From assembly GCA_043789005.1 (NCBI GenBank), contig JAYWIH010000029.1, positions 3,051 through 67,050 of the forward strand: DNA of 64,000 nt. Direction: 5' to 3'. The translations under genes were made by a program, and so were the position numbers. Positions 1-8,950 of this stretch are shown here, in pieces (the first letter of the stretch is position 1; every line of letters begins with the position of its first letter). Below the pieces are notes generated by a model. That model was not told the DNA's origin. It saw nothing but the letters and a program-made list of their open reading frames with translations, and did not search any database. The stretch is from Sphingobacteriales bacterium (lineage in GTDB: Bacteria > Bacteroidota > Bacteroidia > Cytophagales > 172606-1).

Positions 1-405
1 TTCAAAGACGGCCACCAGTCTGTCGGTAATGCCCGGCCGCTTGATTTCGGTTTGCGCCGTGTACTGCTCGCCGCTTACCAAGCGGATGCGCAGCGTGTAG
101 CTTCTGCCTATTTGCCCGCGCCGGGTCATCAAATATTTGCCGGGCTTGGTTTCTTCCAATGTATCACGGTTGCCAAGATTATCCGTCAAAGTCACCGCTG
201 CTTTGGTAACGATGGGCGGCGCGGCATTGTTGAAATACGGAGCCGTTGTGCTGAGCGTCAGCGTGTCGGGGGCGGGCAAGTCGGTCAGTTGGCCGTCCAC
301 CACCAGCAATTCCGGGCCTTGGTCGAGTTTCACATCCACCACGTCTTCGCAGGCCGACAAGCCGATCAATAATAAAAAGCTGATAATTACCGTGTTGCGT
401 ATCAT
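1..405 (-). CDS. DUF4249-like lipoprotein (5' part; runs off the window)
   Basis: Manual translation from ATG at 405 gives MIRNTVIISFLLLIGLSACEDVVDVKLDQGPELLVVDGQLTD..., a lipobox LSAC followed by a VVDG.LT motif. It lies directly downstream of a TonB-dependent receptor, the usual pairing. Confidence 0.75.
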   Translation of the reverse strand, partial: MIRNTVIISFLLLIGLSACEDVVDVKLDQGPELLVVDGQLTDLPAPDTLTLSTTAPYFNNAAPPIVTKAAVTLTDNLGNRDTLEETKPGKYLMTRRGQIGRSYTLRIRLVSGEQYTAQTEIKRPGITDRLVAVFE

Positions 406-446
406 GGATATGGGCGGGTTTGGTGTTTTTCAACGATACTATTTTT

Positions 447-545
447 TTGTCATTCCGACGCAGGAGGAATCCGGCGTTGGGCACGCACCAAAGCCCGGGC
501 TTGTTGGCAAGTAAAGGCCGGATTCCTCCTGCGTCGGAATGACAA
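447..545. repeat. REP/REPIN-like hairpin element (GTCATTCC family)
   Basis: Perfect 29-bp inverted repeat TTGTCATTCCGACGCAGGAGGAATCCGGC (447-475 and 517-545) with a 41-bp loop. A degenerate relative lies at 21457-21562. Confidence 0.85.
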
Positions 546-586
546 GCAAACGGGTTTCGGGTTTCCAAAACATACTATTTTCCAAT

Positions 587-2956
587 TCAGAAATTAAAAT
601 TGTACGTCACCGCCGGAATGAGCGTGCCGAAAACGGACAGCCGCACGGCTTCGGTTTGGCTGGTCGGGATGGTATTGCTGCCTTCGCCCTGCAGCTTCTG
701 GCGGAAATAAATCGTGAACGGATTGCGGCGGGCATACGCATTGTACACCGTAAACACCCATTCGCCTTTCCAGCGGTGGTTTTCTTTGCGTTTGGGCCGT
801 AGCGTGGCCGATAAATCCAAGCGGTGATAGGCCGGAACGCGGAAATTGTTGCGTGAATTATCCGAATTGTGCGGCACAATCAGGCCTTCGTAGCTGTAGC
901 GGCTGTCGGGAAAGGTGGTTGTAGTGCCGGTGAGATAGGAGAAGTTGGCGGAGAAAGACCATTTTTTGTTTAATTCATACAGACCCACCACCGAAAGGTT
1001 GTGCGTGCGGTCATATTTGGCCGCGTACCACTCATTGTTGTTGATGCCGTCAATCTGGCGTTCGGTGCGCGAAAGCGTGTAACTGACCCAGCCAGTGAGT
1101 TTTCCCGTATTTTTTTTCACAAAAAACTCCACTCCGTAGGCGCGGCCGTTGCCGTACAGCAAATCGCCTTCCAAATCAGGATTCAACAGCGTTTGCGCCC
1201 CGTTTACGTAGTCAATCTGGTTGGTCATGTTTTTGTAATACACTTCCACCGAGGTTTCAAACCGGTCGTCTTTCAGGTTCCGGAAATAGCCTAAGGCCAC
1301 TTGGTCGGCAATTTCGGGCTTGATGTTGGTGGTGCTGGGCTGCCAAATATCCAGCGGATTGGCGGCGGTAGTGTTGGAAATCAGGTGAATGTACTGCGCC
1401 ATGCGGTTGTAGCTCAGTTTCAGCGAACTATTGTTGTCCAAGCCGTATTTCAGCGCGGCACGCGGCTCCAAATTGGGATACGCGACAATGGATTGTTTGC
1501 CGAAAATCCGCTCATTCACGGGTTTTTTCCGGTCTTCCAGTTCGCCCGTGTACTCATATACGCTGTGCGGCCCACGGTAATCGAACAACGACAACCGCAA
1601 TCCGTACTGGAGCGTGACCCGTGAGCCGAAATTCTGTTCATGATCCATGTACGCGCCGTATTCAACCGCATCTTGGCCATCCAGCGCAAAGTTGGTGAAG
1701 ATGGAATTGTCGGTCAGGGGTTTCCATTGGCCGGGCCGCAACCAGTACCGGATGGCGCTGGCCCCGAAGTTGAACGTGTGGCTGGCATTGGGATAATACG
1801 TGAAATCCACTTTGGCATTCGCATTCTGGATGTTGGAAGTCCACTCAAATGATTGGGTTCCGCTCGGCACGCCCAACAGGTAATTGTAATTGCTGTAGGT
1901 GGCCGTGAAATTGGAAAACAGTTTGGGTGTGAAAACGTGGTTCCAGCGCAGTGTGCCTGTCAGGCTGCCCCAATTGAGGCGAAACTGATCCGAAAAACTG
2001 AATACATCCTTGCCAAAATAGCCGGAAGCAAAAACCGTATTATTCGGATTGATTTTATAATTCCATTTCGCACTCAAGTCATAAAAATACAGTTTGTTCT
2101 GGTTCAGGGCATCATCCGACGAAAGCTTCAGGAACAAGTCGGCGTAGGTGCGGCGGGCAGCAATGATGAACGAGCTTTTGTCCTTGATAATTGGAGCTTC
2201 CAAGGTCAACCGGCTTGATACGGTGCCGATGCCGCCCGTTGCGGCAAATTTTTTCACGTTTCCTTCTTTCAGCCGCACATCCAGAATCGAAGCAAGCCGC
2301 CCGCCATACTGGGCCGGAATTCCGCCCTTCAACAATTTCACATCTTTAACGGCATCAGGATTGAAAACCGAGAAAAATCCAAGCAGGTGCGATGAATTGT
2401 ACACGATGGCTTCGTCTTGCAAAATCAGGTTCTGGTCCACGCCACCACCGCGCACATTGAAGCCGCTGGCTCCTTCGCCCACCGTGCTCACGCCGGGCAA
2501 TAGCTGGATGCTGCGCACCACGTCCACTTCGCCCAGCAACGCGGGCATACTTTTAATTGTCCTGATGTCCAATTTATTCATGCTCATCTGGTTGCTCTGC
2601 ACATTGCTTCGCGGATTGGTTTCGGTAACCACCACTTCCTGCAACTGGTTTTGCTCTTCCGAGAGCTGCATATCGGCCGTCTTGTTCGCCGTCAGTTCCA
2701 CGAGCATTGTTTGGGTGGTGTAGCCAACATAACTGAATACCAAGGTGTAACTGCCTTTGGGCAGGGTCAGCGAATAGAATCCGTAGGCGTTTGAACTGAC
2801 CCCCACCGCCGGTTTTTCCTGCACGTAAACCACAGCGCCAATCATGCCTTCGCCGTTGGCCGCATCCTTGACATAGCCGTTGACGGTAAATGAATTTTGT
2901 GCGGAAACAGCAGAAACAAACAGTGAAAAAAAGGAAAATATTAAGAAAGTACGCAT
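587..2956 (-). CDS. TonB-dependent receptor with N-terminal carboxypeptidase-regulatory-like domain
   Basis: Signal peptide, plug motifs (GFNVRGGGVDQNLIL; KGGIPAQYGGRLASILDV) and a C-terminal YNFNF beta-signal. Confidence 0.92.
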   Translation of the reverse strand: MRTFLIFSFFSLFVSAVSAQNSFTVNGYVKDAANGEGMIGAVVYVQEKPAVGVSSNAYGFYSLTLPKGSYTLVFSYVGYTTQTMLVELTANKTADMQLSEEQNQLQEVVVTETNPRSNVQSNQMSMNKLDIRTIKSMPALLGEVDVVRSIQLLPGVSTVGEGASGFNVRGGGVDQNLILQDEAIVYNSSHLLGFFSVFNPDAVKDVKLLKGGIPAQYGGRLASILDVRLKEGNVKKFAATGGIGTVSSRLTLEAPIIKDKSSFIIAARRTYADLFLKLSSDDALNQNKLYFYDLSAKWNYKINPNNTVFASGYFGKDVFSFSDQFRLNWGSLTGTLRWNHVFTPKLFSNFTATYSNYNYLLGVPSGTQSFEWTSNIQNANAKVDFTYYPNASHTFNFGASAIRYWLRPGQWKPLTDNSIFTNFALDGQDAVEYGAYMDHEQNFGSRVTLQYGLRLSLFDYRGPHSVYEYTGELEDRKKPVNERIFGKQSIVAYPNLEPRAALKYGLDNNSSLKLSYNRMAQYIHLISNTTAANPLDIWQPSTTNIKPEIADQVALGYFRNLKDDRFETSVEVYYKNMTNQIDYVNGAQTLLNPDLEGDLLYGNGRAYGVEFFVKKNTGKLTGWVSYTLSRTERQIDGINNNEWYAAKYDRTHNLSVVGLYELNKKWSFSANFSYLTGTTTTFPDSRYSYEGLIVPHNSDNSRNNFRVPAYHRLDLSATLRPKRKENHRWKGEWVFTVYNAYARRNPFTIYFRQKLQGEGSNTIPTSQTEAVRLSVFGTLIPAVTYNFNF

Positions 2957-3022
2957 GGTTTGAAAGGTTAAAGCCGGATGCAGTTAATGGGGTTTGGGCA
3001 TTTTAAAAGATACTATTTTTGA

Positions 3023-3060
3023 TTGCCGTACAGACCAGCAATGCCTTGTCTGTACGGCAA
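3023..3060. repeat. GTAG-like REP hairpin, possibly a terminator
   Basis: 13-bp inverted repeat TTGCCGTACAGAC...GTCTGTACGGCAA directly after a 30-bp motif copy. Confidence 0.55.
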
Positions 3061-3122
3061 CCGGGATAACCTGCCTGTGTTTGTTGCAAAAAACCTGTGA
3101 ATTGTGATTCAGAAAAGCAAAA

Positions 3123-3842
3123 TCACTCTTTTCTGATAGAACTTGCTCCGGTAGCATTCATTTGCAGCCGGGTTGGGTTGCCCCGGTAGCGGATATTGCT
3201 GGCTCCGCTGGCCGTGGCCGACAGGCGGTTAGTAGCCGTGATTCGGAGTTCGCTGGCACCTGAAGCGTCGGCATCCGCTTCATCGGCGGGGGCATCAAAT
3301 GCCTGTAGTTCCGATGCTCCCGATGCCCCGGCTATCAGCCGTTTGAAATTTCCGCTGAGCGTCATTTTAGACGCGCCCGACAGGTTTATCTGTCCGCGGT
3401 CTGCCCGTGCGTCCACGTTGGCCCGCGATGCGCCAGACAAAGTGACTACCAGTTCCTCGCCGCTAAAACCCGTGATTGTTGAACGGCTGGCTCCCGAAAA
3501 ATCGGCGGCAGTCAGCGTAGGCATCACAATCTCAAATTCGGTTTCGTATTGACGGTTGCCACGTGGACGGCGGTATCGGGCCACCAATTGTCCGTTGCTC
3601 ACGTACACGTCCAAATCATCCAGGTTGCGCCGGTCGCCGGTGGCTCGTAGGCTGAATTCGCCGCCTTGGCGCACCTGGATGCGGAAGGCATCGCCCATTT
3701 GCAGTTTGTCGAAGCCGGATAAGTTAAAGGTACGGTTTCCGGCCTGGTACGGGCCAATGTCTTCCCTTTCACTACAGGAGGAGAAAACGAACGGGAGGGT
3801 AAGTAACATTGAAATAAGTTTGAAAAAGGTTGCGGTTTTCAT
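3123..3842 (-). CDS. Head GIN domain (DUF2807) lipoprotein
   Basis: Lipobox FSSC, repeated SGAS beta-helix turns and a C-terminal ASGASNIRYRGNP. Confidence 0.88.
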   Translation of the reverse strand: MKTATFFKLISMLLTLPFVFSSCSEREDIGPYQAGNRTFNLSGFDKLQMGDAFRIQVRQGGEFSLRATGDRRNLDDLDVYVSNGQLVARYRRPRGNRQYETEFEIVMPTLTAADFSGASRSTITGFSGEELVVTLSGASRANVDARADRGQINLSGASKMTLSGNFKRLIAGASGASELQAFDAPADEADADASGASELRITATNRLSATASGASNIRYRGNPTRLQMNATGASSIRKE

Positions 3843-3972
3843 GGGATTGAAAGATGTAGGGATTAAACAATGTAAAATGTGCTTGTTTTCCTATCCGGGA
3901 AGCTTTGGAACAGGAAAGCCGGGTTTTGCCTTTTCTGGCGATACTATTTTTTTTCGGGCTTCCGGCCGCCAA

Positions 3973-4620
3973 TTATCTGAACTTTCCGAACGACAGTCCG
4001 GCTTGCAAGGTGGGCATACGCAAATCTTTAGACGGGTTGATGCCGAAAACCTCATCGCCGCCAGCCACCCAGTTATAGCCAGCCCCGACAGATGCCTGCA
4101 TCCACGGAAACAGATTGACTTCCACACTGACGGTGGGCATCACCATCAGGTTTCCTTGCACATCATCAGGATTGTAATCATAATCTTGGTTGTAGGTTCG
4201 GTATTCACGGATGAGCAAGGCACTGCCTATTTTAGTGCCAACATTCAAATGGATTGCCCGGTTGGGGAAAAACTTGTAGCCGACCACTCCACCCGTCTGC
4301 ACAAGCCGGATGTTGGTATTAAGCGAATTTTGCCCTGTGCGTTCCACCTCCGATATGTTGGACGGAGCCACTGAAGCAATGCCAAAAATGCCCATGTAAA
4401 AACGCTGGTTGAACAGGACAGCGCCCTCGCCGCCAACCGAATAAAAACCGCGTATCTTGTTGTTTCCCGAAAAACCCACCTGATTGATAACAGAACCGAA
4501 GCCGGAGATTTTTGCGGGATTCGCGAGGATGGTTCTGTAAGTTTCCGTCTCTTGGGCCAGACTTGAAAAGATTGTGAAAACCATTGGAATTACAGTAAAT
4601 GCTATTTTTAAGGCTTGCAT
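3973..4620 (-). CDS. Hypothetical outer-membrane beta-barrel protein
   Basis: Signal peptide, alternating hydrophobic strands and a C-terminal LSFGKFR. Confidence 0.7.
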   Translation of the reverse strand: MQALKIAFTVIPMVFTIFSSLAQETETYRTILANPAKISGFGSVINQVGFSGNNKIRGFYSVGGEGAVLFNQRFYMGIFGIASVAPSNISEVERTGQNSLNTNIRLVQTGGVVGYKFFPNRAIHLNVGTKIGSALLIREYRTYNQDYDYNPDDVQGNLMVMPTVSVEVNLFPWMQASVGAGYNWVAGGDEVFGINPSKDLRMPTLQAGLSFGKFR

Positions 4621-4674
4621 GGTACATTAAGTTTAGTTGAAAAAACAGATGATTGAAGGTTGGATTTTAGCTAT

Positions 4675-4698
4675 GACAATTCAAAAAGAAAGTACCCC
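4675..4698 (-). promoter_or_regulatory. Putative ECF sigma promoter GGGGT-N14-TTGTC
   Basis: The same two boxes and 14-bp spacer occur at 4863-4886 and 8736-8759, the latter upstream of the ECF sigma gene itself. Confidence 0.6.
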
Positions 4699-4862
4699 CA
4701 CAACGGCGAAAATTATTTTTGCAACAGACGCGTTTGGTGCCGGAAATTAAAGTGTGCGGCAATCACTGAAGGCGAGCAGGCTTCTGAGAAGGAATCTGCG
4801 GATGAGGATACGAAAGGCAGGGAGCGTTTTCATGGCGGATTTGGGTTTGGGTTCGCATAAGT

Positions 4863-4886
4863 GACAACCCAAAAAAGGGAAACCCC
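4863..4886 (-). promoter_or_regulatory. Putative ECF sigma promoter GGGGT-N14-TTGTC
   Basis: GGGGT TTCCCTTTTTTGGG TTGTC on the minus strand. Confidence 0.55.
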
Positions 4887-5019
4887 TATTCCACACCGAA
4901 ATAATCCGGAAGTTTGAAGCTCATTGGTTGAAAAGGGAGGTTTGGGCTTTGAAAAAGATACTGTTTCGGGGAGGGATTGTCTGCGGCAATGGATTGGCGG
5001 AGGGCTGGCTCAATGCATT

Positions 5020-6936
5020 TCAGCCGCGTCCTTTCCTGTCAAAAAAACGCAGGGCGGCTTGGAAACCCACCCACGATTGCGCCTGCTTGCTGCCCGCGTC
5101 TGCGTCCCAGATTGTGTAGGGCGGCAGCGCAGTCAGAGCCGTATGGTCGGCAGAACGCGCATCGGTGAGGAAAACGTTGAAAGTGGGTCCAAACGCCAAG
5201 GCCACGTTTGGCGTAAGTGTGCGTTCAAACAGGAAATGCAGTTTGTGCAGCGAGTGGCGCGTGAATGCGAAGGGTTCGGTGCCGACAAACGTGCCCACAT
5301 AATCCACATTGAACTGCCATTTGGAGCCAAGGCGGAAAGCCGTACCCACGCCGTAACCGTACCGCCACGTTGTAAAACCCCGGCTGCCAAACGGCTGCAA
5401 GCCTACGAAAAAGATATTGTAAAGCCGCCGCACACCGGTTTTGAACGCCACATTGACGGGCGTTGTCTCATCGGCGGAGAGTTCCAGGCGGCGATAACCG
5501 TTTTTGCGCACAAAACTCAAAAAGCCGACCGGAACACCGTGGCTGCTGTCGGCATAGTTGAAAACGCCCAGTTGCAAGCCATTTTCCACGGTTCCGGCAT
5601 AATTGATGAAGCCCGACAGTTGCAGGCCGCGCATTGTGTGCAGGGCAACATTGGCAAAACCCGCAACTTGTGCGCCCCGGTCAAGTTTTCCGGCATGGTT
5701 AGCAAAGCCCGCCAGTTGAACACCCCGGTGCCGCCGCAAGGTGCCGTTTGAAAACCCGGCGGCCTGCAATCCGGTTGCGCTGTCTATTTGCTGGTTGTGG
5801 AACCCAGCGAGTTGCACGCCATTTAAATTTTTCCGGTTCAGGTTTATGAATCCGGCGGCTTGCACGCCTTCCATGCCGCCAAGGTTCACGTTCACGAAAC
5901 CCGCCGCTTGCAAATGACGCGCATCCCCGCGATTGAAATTGAAAAAACCGGCCAGTTGCGGTTTGGAGGCATTATTCCTGACCGCGTTGCCAAAGCCCGC
6001 CAATTGAACCGCGTTTGAGTTGCCGCCCACCAAGTTAGCGAAGCCCGCCAGTTGCCAGCCGCTGGCATCGCCCCGGTTCAGGTTGGCAAAGCCGCCGAGT
6101 TCCAGTTTGCGCGTACCCGCCGAATAACCGGCAAAAAGATTGACGGAATACTCATTGATTACGTTTCCGCTGAGAAAATGATTGGTTCCCAGAAACGGGA
6201 ATAGCGACAATTGCCCCCGGCGGTGCAGTGTTTCGGTCAGGTTTTGGATATGGACTTTCTGCTGGCTGTTCACCAAAATCCTGGCAATCGCGCTGTTGTC
6301 GATTCCCTTGACCGAATCGGTTGTCTTGATCGGCAGTGTGGCGATTTTCTCAATAGGAAAAGGTGTGATGGCGATGTTGAGGGCATTTTTTTGCCGGGGT
6401 TTCACCGCCACCCGCTGGCTTTGGTAATTCTGCCTGCCCACCGTCACGGTCAGTTCCGTTTTATCAGTAGGCAGCCTGATTTGATAGAAACCGTAGGCAT
6501 TGCTCACGGTTGAAGCCAAACTTTCACGTTCATACACGCTGGCGCGGGCTACTTTCCGCCCGGTCTGGCTGTCAATGACGTATCCGGTCAGCATGAATTT
6601 TTTTTGCGTTTCCGGCTTTTCCCCGTTGCGCCGCAAAATAACATAGCCGCCCCGGGTCTTGTACTTGACCTTGCCGCCAAAAAGCATATCCAGCACTTCG
6701 CGCACCGATTTGTTGGAGACCGAGAGCGAAACATTGGCATCTACCTGAATCACGTCCGGGCTGTACGAGAATTGCAGGCTGGCTTGTCTGGCAATCTTGT
6801 TCAGCACCGCATCCAGCCTTTCGTTGGATGCTTGCAGCGAAATAGTCCGCTCCAACAATGGTGTCTGGGCAATTGCGGATTGAATGCAAGTCAGCAGACA
6901 AAAAAGAAGCGGCGGAAAATAGTATCTTTTTTTCAT
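5020..6936 (-). CDS. Outer-membrane protein with STN domain, carboxypeptidase-regulatory-like domain, GxQLAGFxN repeats and a C-terminal beta-barrel
   Basis: Likely start MKKRYYF at 6936 with a signal peptide; an STN-like segment (LQFSYSPDVI...SVREVLDMLF); about ten QxAGFxN repeats; located downstream of the FecR-type gene. Confidence 0.8.
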   Translation of the reverse strand: MKKRYYFPPLLFCLLTCIQSAIAQTPLLERTISLQASNERLDAVLNKIARQASLQFSYSPDVIQVDANVSLSVSNKSVREVLDMLFGGKVKYKTRGGYVILRRNGEKPETQKKFMLTGYVIDSQTGRKVARASVYERESLASTVSNAYGFYQIRLPTDKTELTVTVGRQNYQSQRVAVKPRQKNALNIAITPFPIEKIATLPIKTTDSVKGIDNSAIARILVNSQQKVHIQNLTETLHRRGQLSLFPFLGTNHFLSGNVINEYSVNLFAGYSAGTRKLELGGFANLNRGDASGWQLAGFANLVGGNSNAVQLAGFGNAVRNNASKPQLAGFFNFNRGDARHLQAAGFVNVNLGGMEGVQAAGFINLNRKNLNGVQLAGFHNQQIDSATGLQAAGFSNGTLRRHRGVQLAGFANHAGKLDRGAQVAGFANVALHTMRGLQLSGFINYAGTVENGLQLGVFNYADSSHGVPVGFLSFVRKNGYRRLELSADETTPVNVAFKTGVRRLYNIFFVGLQPFGSRGFTTWRYGYGVGTAFRLGSKWQFNVDYVGTFVGTEPFAFTRHSLHKLHFLFERTLTPNVALAFGPTFNVFLTDARSADHTALTALPPYTIWDADAGSKQAQSWVGFQAALRFFDRKGRG

Positions 6937-7036
6937 GGCAAACCCGGCAGACCGGTAAAGGCGAATTTCTTGTGCGAAACACGCGGTTGCGGGCAACCGA
7001 CACCACTTATACGCTCCGGAATTGTGTTGATCAGGG

Positions 7037-8083
7037 CTATTGGCAGCCTTTGCCGTCCAGGATAATCCGGTGTTGTTGCCTGGAAACCGACAGTTCAAGC
7101 GTTTCGCTGATGATTTGCAAAACCTCATCCAACTGCTTGTTCACAAAGGTCACCGTGAGCAGGCAATTGCCCAGATTCCTGTTTTTCAAGGCAATGTTGG
7201 TGCCATACACTTCATTGAGTTTGGTTGTCACCTCCAGCAGGGAAGTGCGTTCAAACACAAATGTTGCGGCAAGACCGGCCCGTAAAGCAGCGTGTTTGTG
7301 ACGCGCAAAAGCCCCGTTTTCAAACACCACCCGTTGGCCTTTAGTCAGTACAATGCTGTCGGTCAGGGCCGAAACCAGCACCTTTCCGGTCTCAACCGTC
7401 ACTTCCGTGAATCCGGCCAGCGAATCGGTCTTTACCTTGAACGACGTGCCCAGCACCTTAATGTCCACTTGCGCCGTATGCACGATAAACGGCTGGCTTT
7501 CATTGCGTTGCACCTTGAAAAACGCTTCGCCTTCAAGTGCCACCTCGCGGGTTTTTCCCGAAAATCTGGCCGGGAACCGCAATTGCGATTGCCGGTTCAG
7601 CAGTACCGTCGAACCATCGGCCAAGGTTTCTGCGGTAGTGTTGGCTTGTGTCACGAGCAGTTTTTCAGAACCTTGGCGATTCGAGAAATACACCGATAAG
7701 CCCACCCCGATCACCAATAAAATCCCAGCGGCTATGCGCCAATACGAAACAGGCTCACGTTTGCCGGGTGAAGTGGCAAATGAATTTTTCGGCGGGGTTA
7801 AGGCAATGGTTTTGGCTTCGGCAGACGCTGTTTTGTTGTGGCTTTGGCCGTTGCGCATCCCGGCTTTCATTTTGCCCCACGCCTCATCCACATCCACGGG
7901 CTTTTGTGCCGTTCTGGCTTCTGCACCCGCATTCCAGATACGTTGCAAGTGCTCGAAAAACTGGCGGTTTTCGGGTTGCCTCAGCCACTCCTCCACCTGC
8001 GTGGTTTCGCGCCGATCCGTTTCCTGGGCAAAATATTTCCCCAGCAGGGTTTCGTCCACGCTATTTTCGCCGTTGGTGTTCAA
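7037..8083 (-). CDS. FecR-family anti-sigma factor
   Basis: Transmembrane helix (WRIAAGILLVIGVGL) and FecR motifs LADGSTVLLN, REVALEGEAFFKV and IKVLGTSF. The start is uncertain (TTG at 8083, next to the sigma stop). Confidence 0.88.
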   Translation of the reverse strand: MNTNGENSVDETLLGKYFAQETDRRETTQVEEWLRQPENRQFFEHLQRIWNAGAEARTAQKPVDVDEAWGKMKAGMRNGQSHNKTASAEAKTIALTPPKNSFATSPGKREPVSYWRIAAGILLVIGVGLSVYFSNRQGSEKLLVTQANTTAETLADGSTVLLNRQSQLRFPARFSGKTREVALEGEAFFKVQRNESQPFIVHTAQVDIKVLGTSFKVKTDSLAGFTEVTVETGKVLVSALTDSIVLTKGQRVVFENGAFARHKHAALRAGLAATFVFERTSLLEVTTKLNEVYGTNIALKNRNLGNCLLTVTFVNKQLDEVLQIISETLELSVSRQQHRIILDGKGCQ

Positions 8084-8084
8084 G

Positions 8085-8669
8085 TCAGTGTAGATGATTG
8101 AAAATTTGACTTCCGAAAATGAGCATGAACACCAAGTAGTCGGCCAATTTTTCGCGCAGGATGCGCAGAGCCTTCCCAATCTGGTTTTCCACCGTCTTGA
8201 CCGAAATGCCCAGTTGGTCGGCAATTTCGGCGTACTTCAGTTCTTCAAAGCGGCTGAGTTTGAACACCAGCCGGCACTGTTCGGGCAGGCTTTCAATGGC
8301 TTGCCCGATCCGGCTTTCCAGCTCGCTTGCATCGGCCAGGTCTGAAGCGAAACTCGGGTTCCGGTCAATCCGTTCGGCATTGTAGTGCTGGTATTCCAGT
8401 TTGATTTTTTCGTGCTTGATCCGGTTCAGGCAATTGTTGTGCACCGATTTGTATAAATACGATTTCAACGAAACGGAGATTTCCAGCATCTCCCTCTTTT
8501 CCCAGAAGTGATGGAAAACCGCCTGGACGGCCTCTTCGGCCTCGTCCATGTCTTTCACGAAAGTGCAAGCGTAATTGCACAGGCTTTGGTAGTATTTCCG
8601 AAAAAACTGCTCGAAAACACGTTCGTCGCCTTGCCGAATCGCCTGAAAGTCAGAATCGTAGGTTTGCAC
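8085..8669 (-). CDS. ECF RNA polymerase sigma-70 factor (Bacteroidetes expansion type)
   Basis: Region 2 (AEEAVQAVF..FW; SYLYKSVHNNCLN) and region 4 (SRFEELKYAEIADQLGISVKTVENQIGKAL). Confidence 0.95.
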   Translation of the reverse strand: MQTYDSDFQAIRQGDERVFEQFFRKYYQSLCNYACTFVKDMDEAEEAVQAVFHHFWEKREMLEISVSLKSYLYKSVHNNCLNRIKHEKIKLEYQHYNAERIDRNPSFASDLADASELESRIGQAIESLPEQCRLVFKLSRFEELKYAEIADQLGISVKTVENQIGKALRILREKLADYLVFMLIFGSQIFNHLH

Positions 8670-8735
8670 GATGCATCTATTTGTCGCTGCGCAAATCTAC
8701 GTATTCCCACGTGAAAACGGCATTCCATCACGTAA

Positions 8736-8759
8736 GACAATCAACCGCGCATCAACCCC
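8736..8759 (-). promoter_or_regulatory. Putative autoregulatory ECF promoter
   Basis: GGGGT TGATGCGCGGTTGA TTGTC, about 67 bp upstream of the sigma gene start. Confidence 0.6.
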
Positions 8760-8897
8760 TATGCCCGTTGAAAATAAAAATCGCGTGTTTGCCAGACCGA
8801 AAATCCGGTTGCTCGGGGTTCGGGATTGCAAATCGCGGGCAATCATTATTCAAAACAGTATCCTTTAAAAACGTCAAACCTCGGTGTTGCCAAAAAT

Positions 8898-8932
8898 AAA
8901 AAGCCATCCGGAATAATTCCGGATGGCTTTTT
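8898..8932. terminator. Intrinsic terminator
   Basis: AAAAAGCCATCCGGAA-TAA-TTCCGGATGGCTTTTT just downstream of the lipoprotein stop at 8951. Confidence 0.8.
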
Positions 8933-8950
8933 CATGAAGAAAAATTCAAC

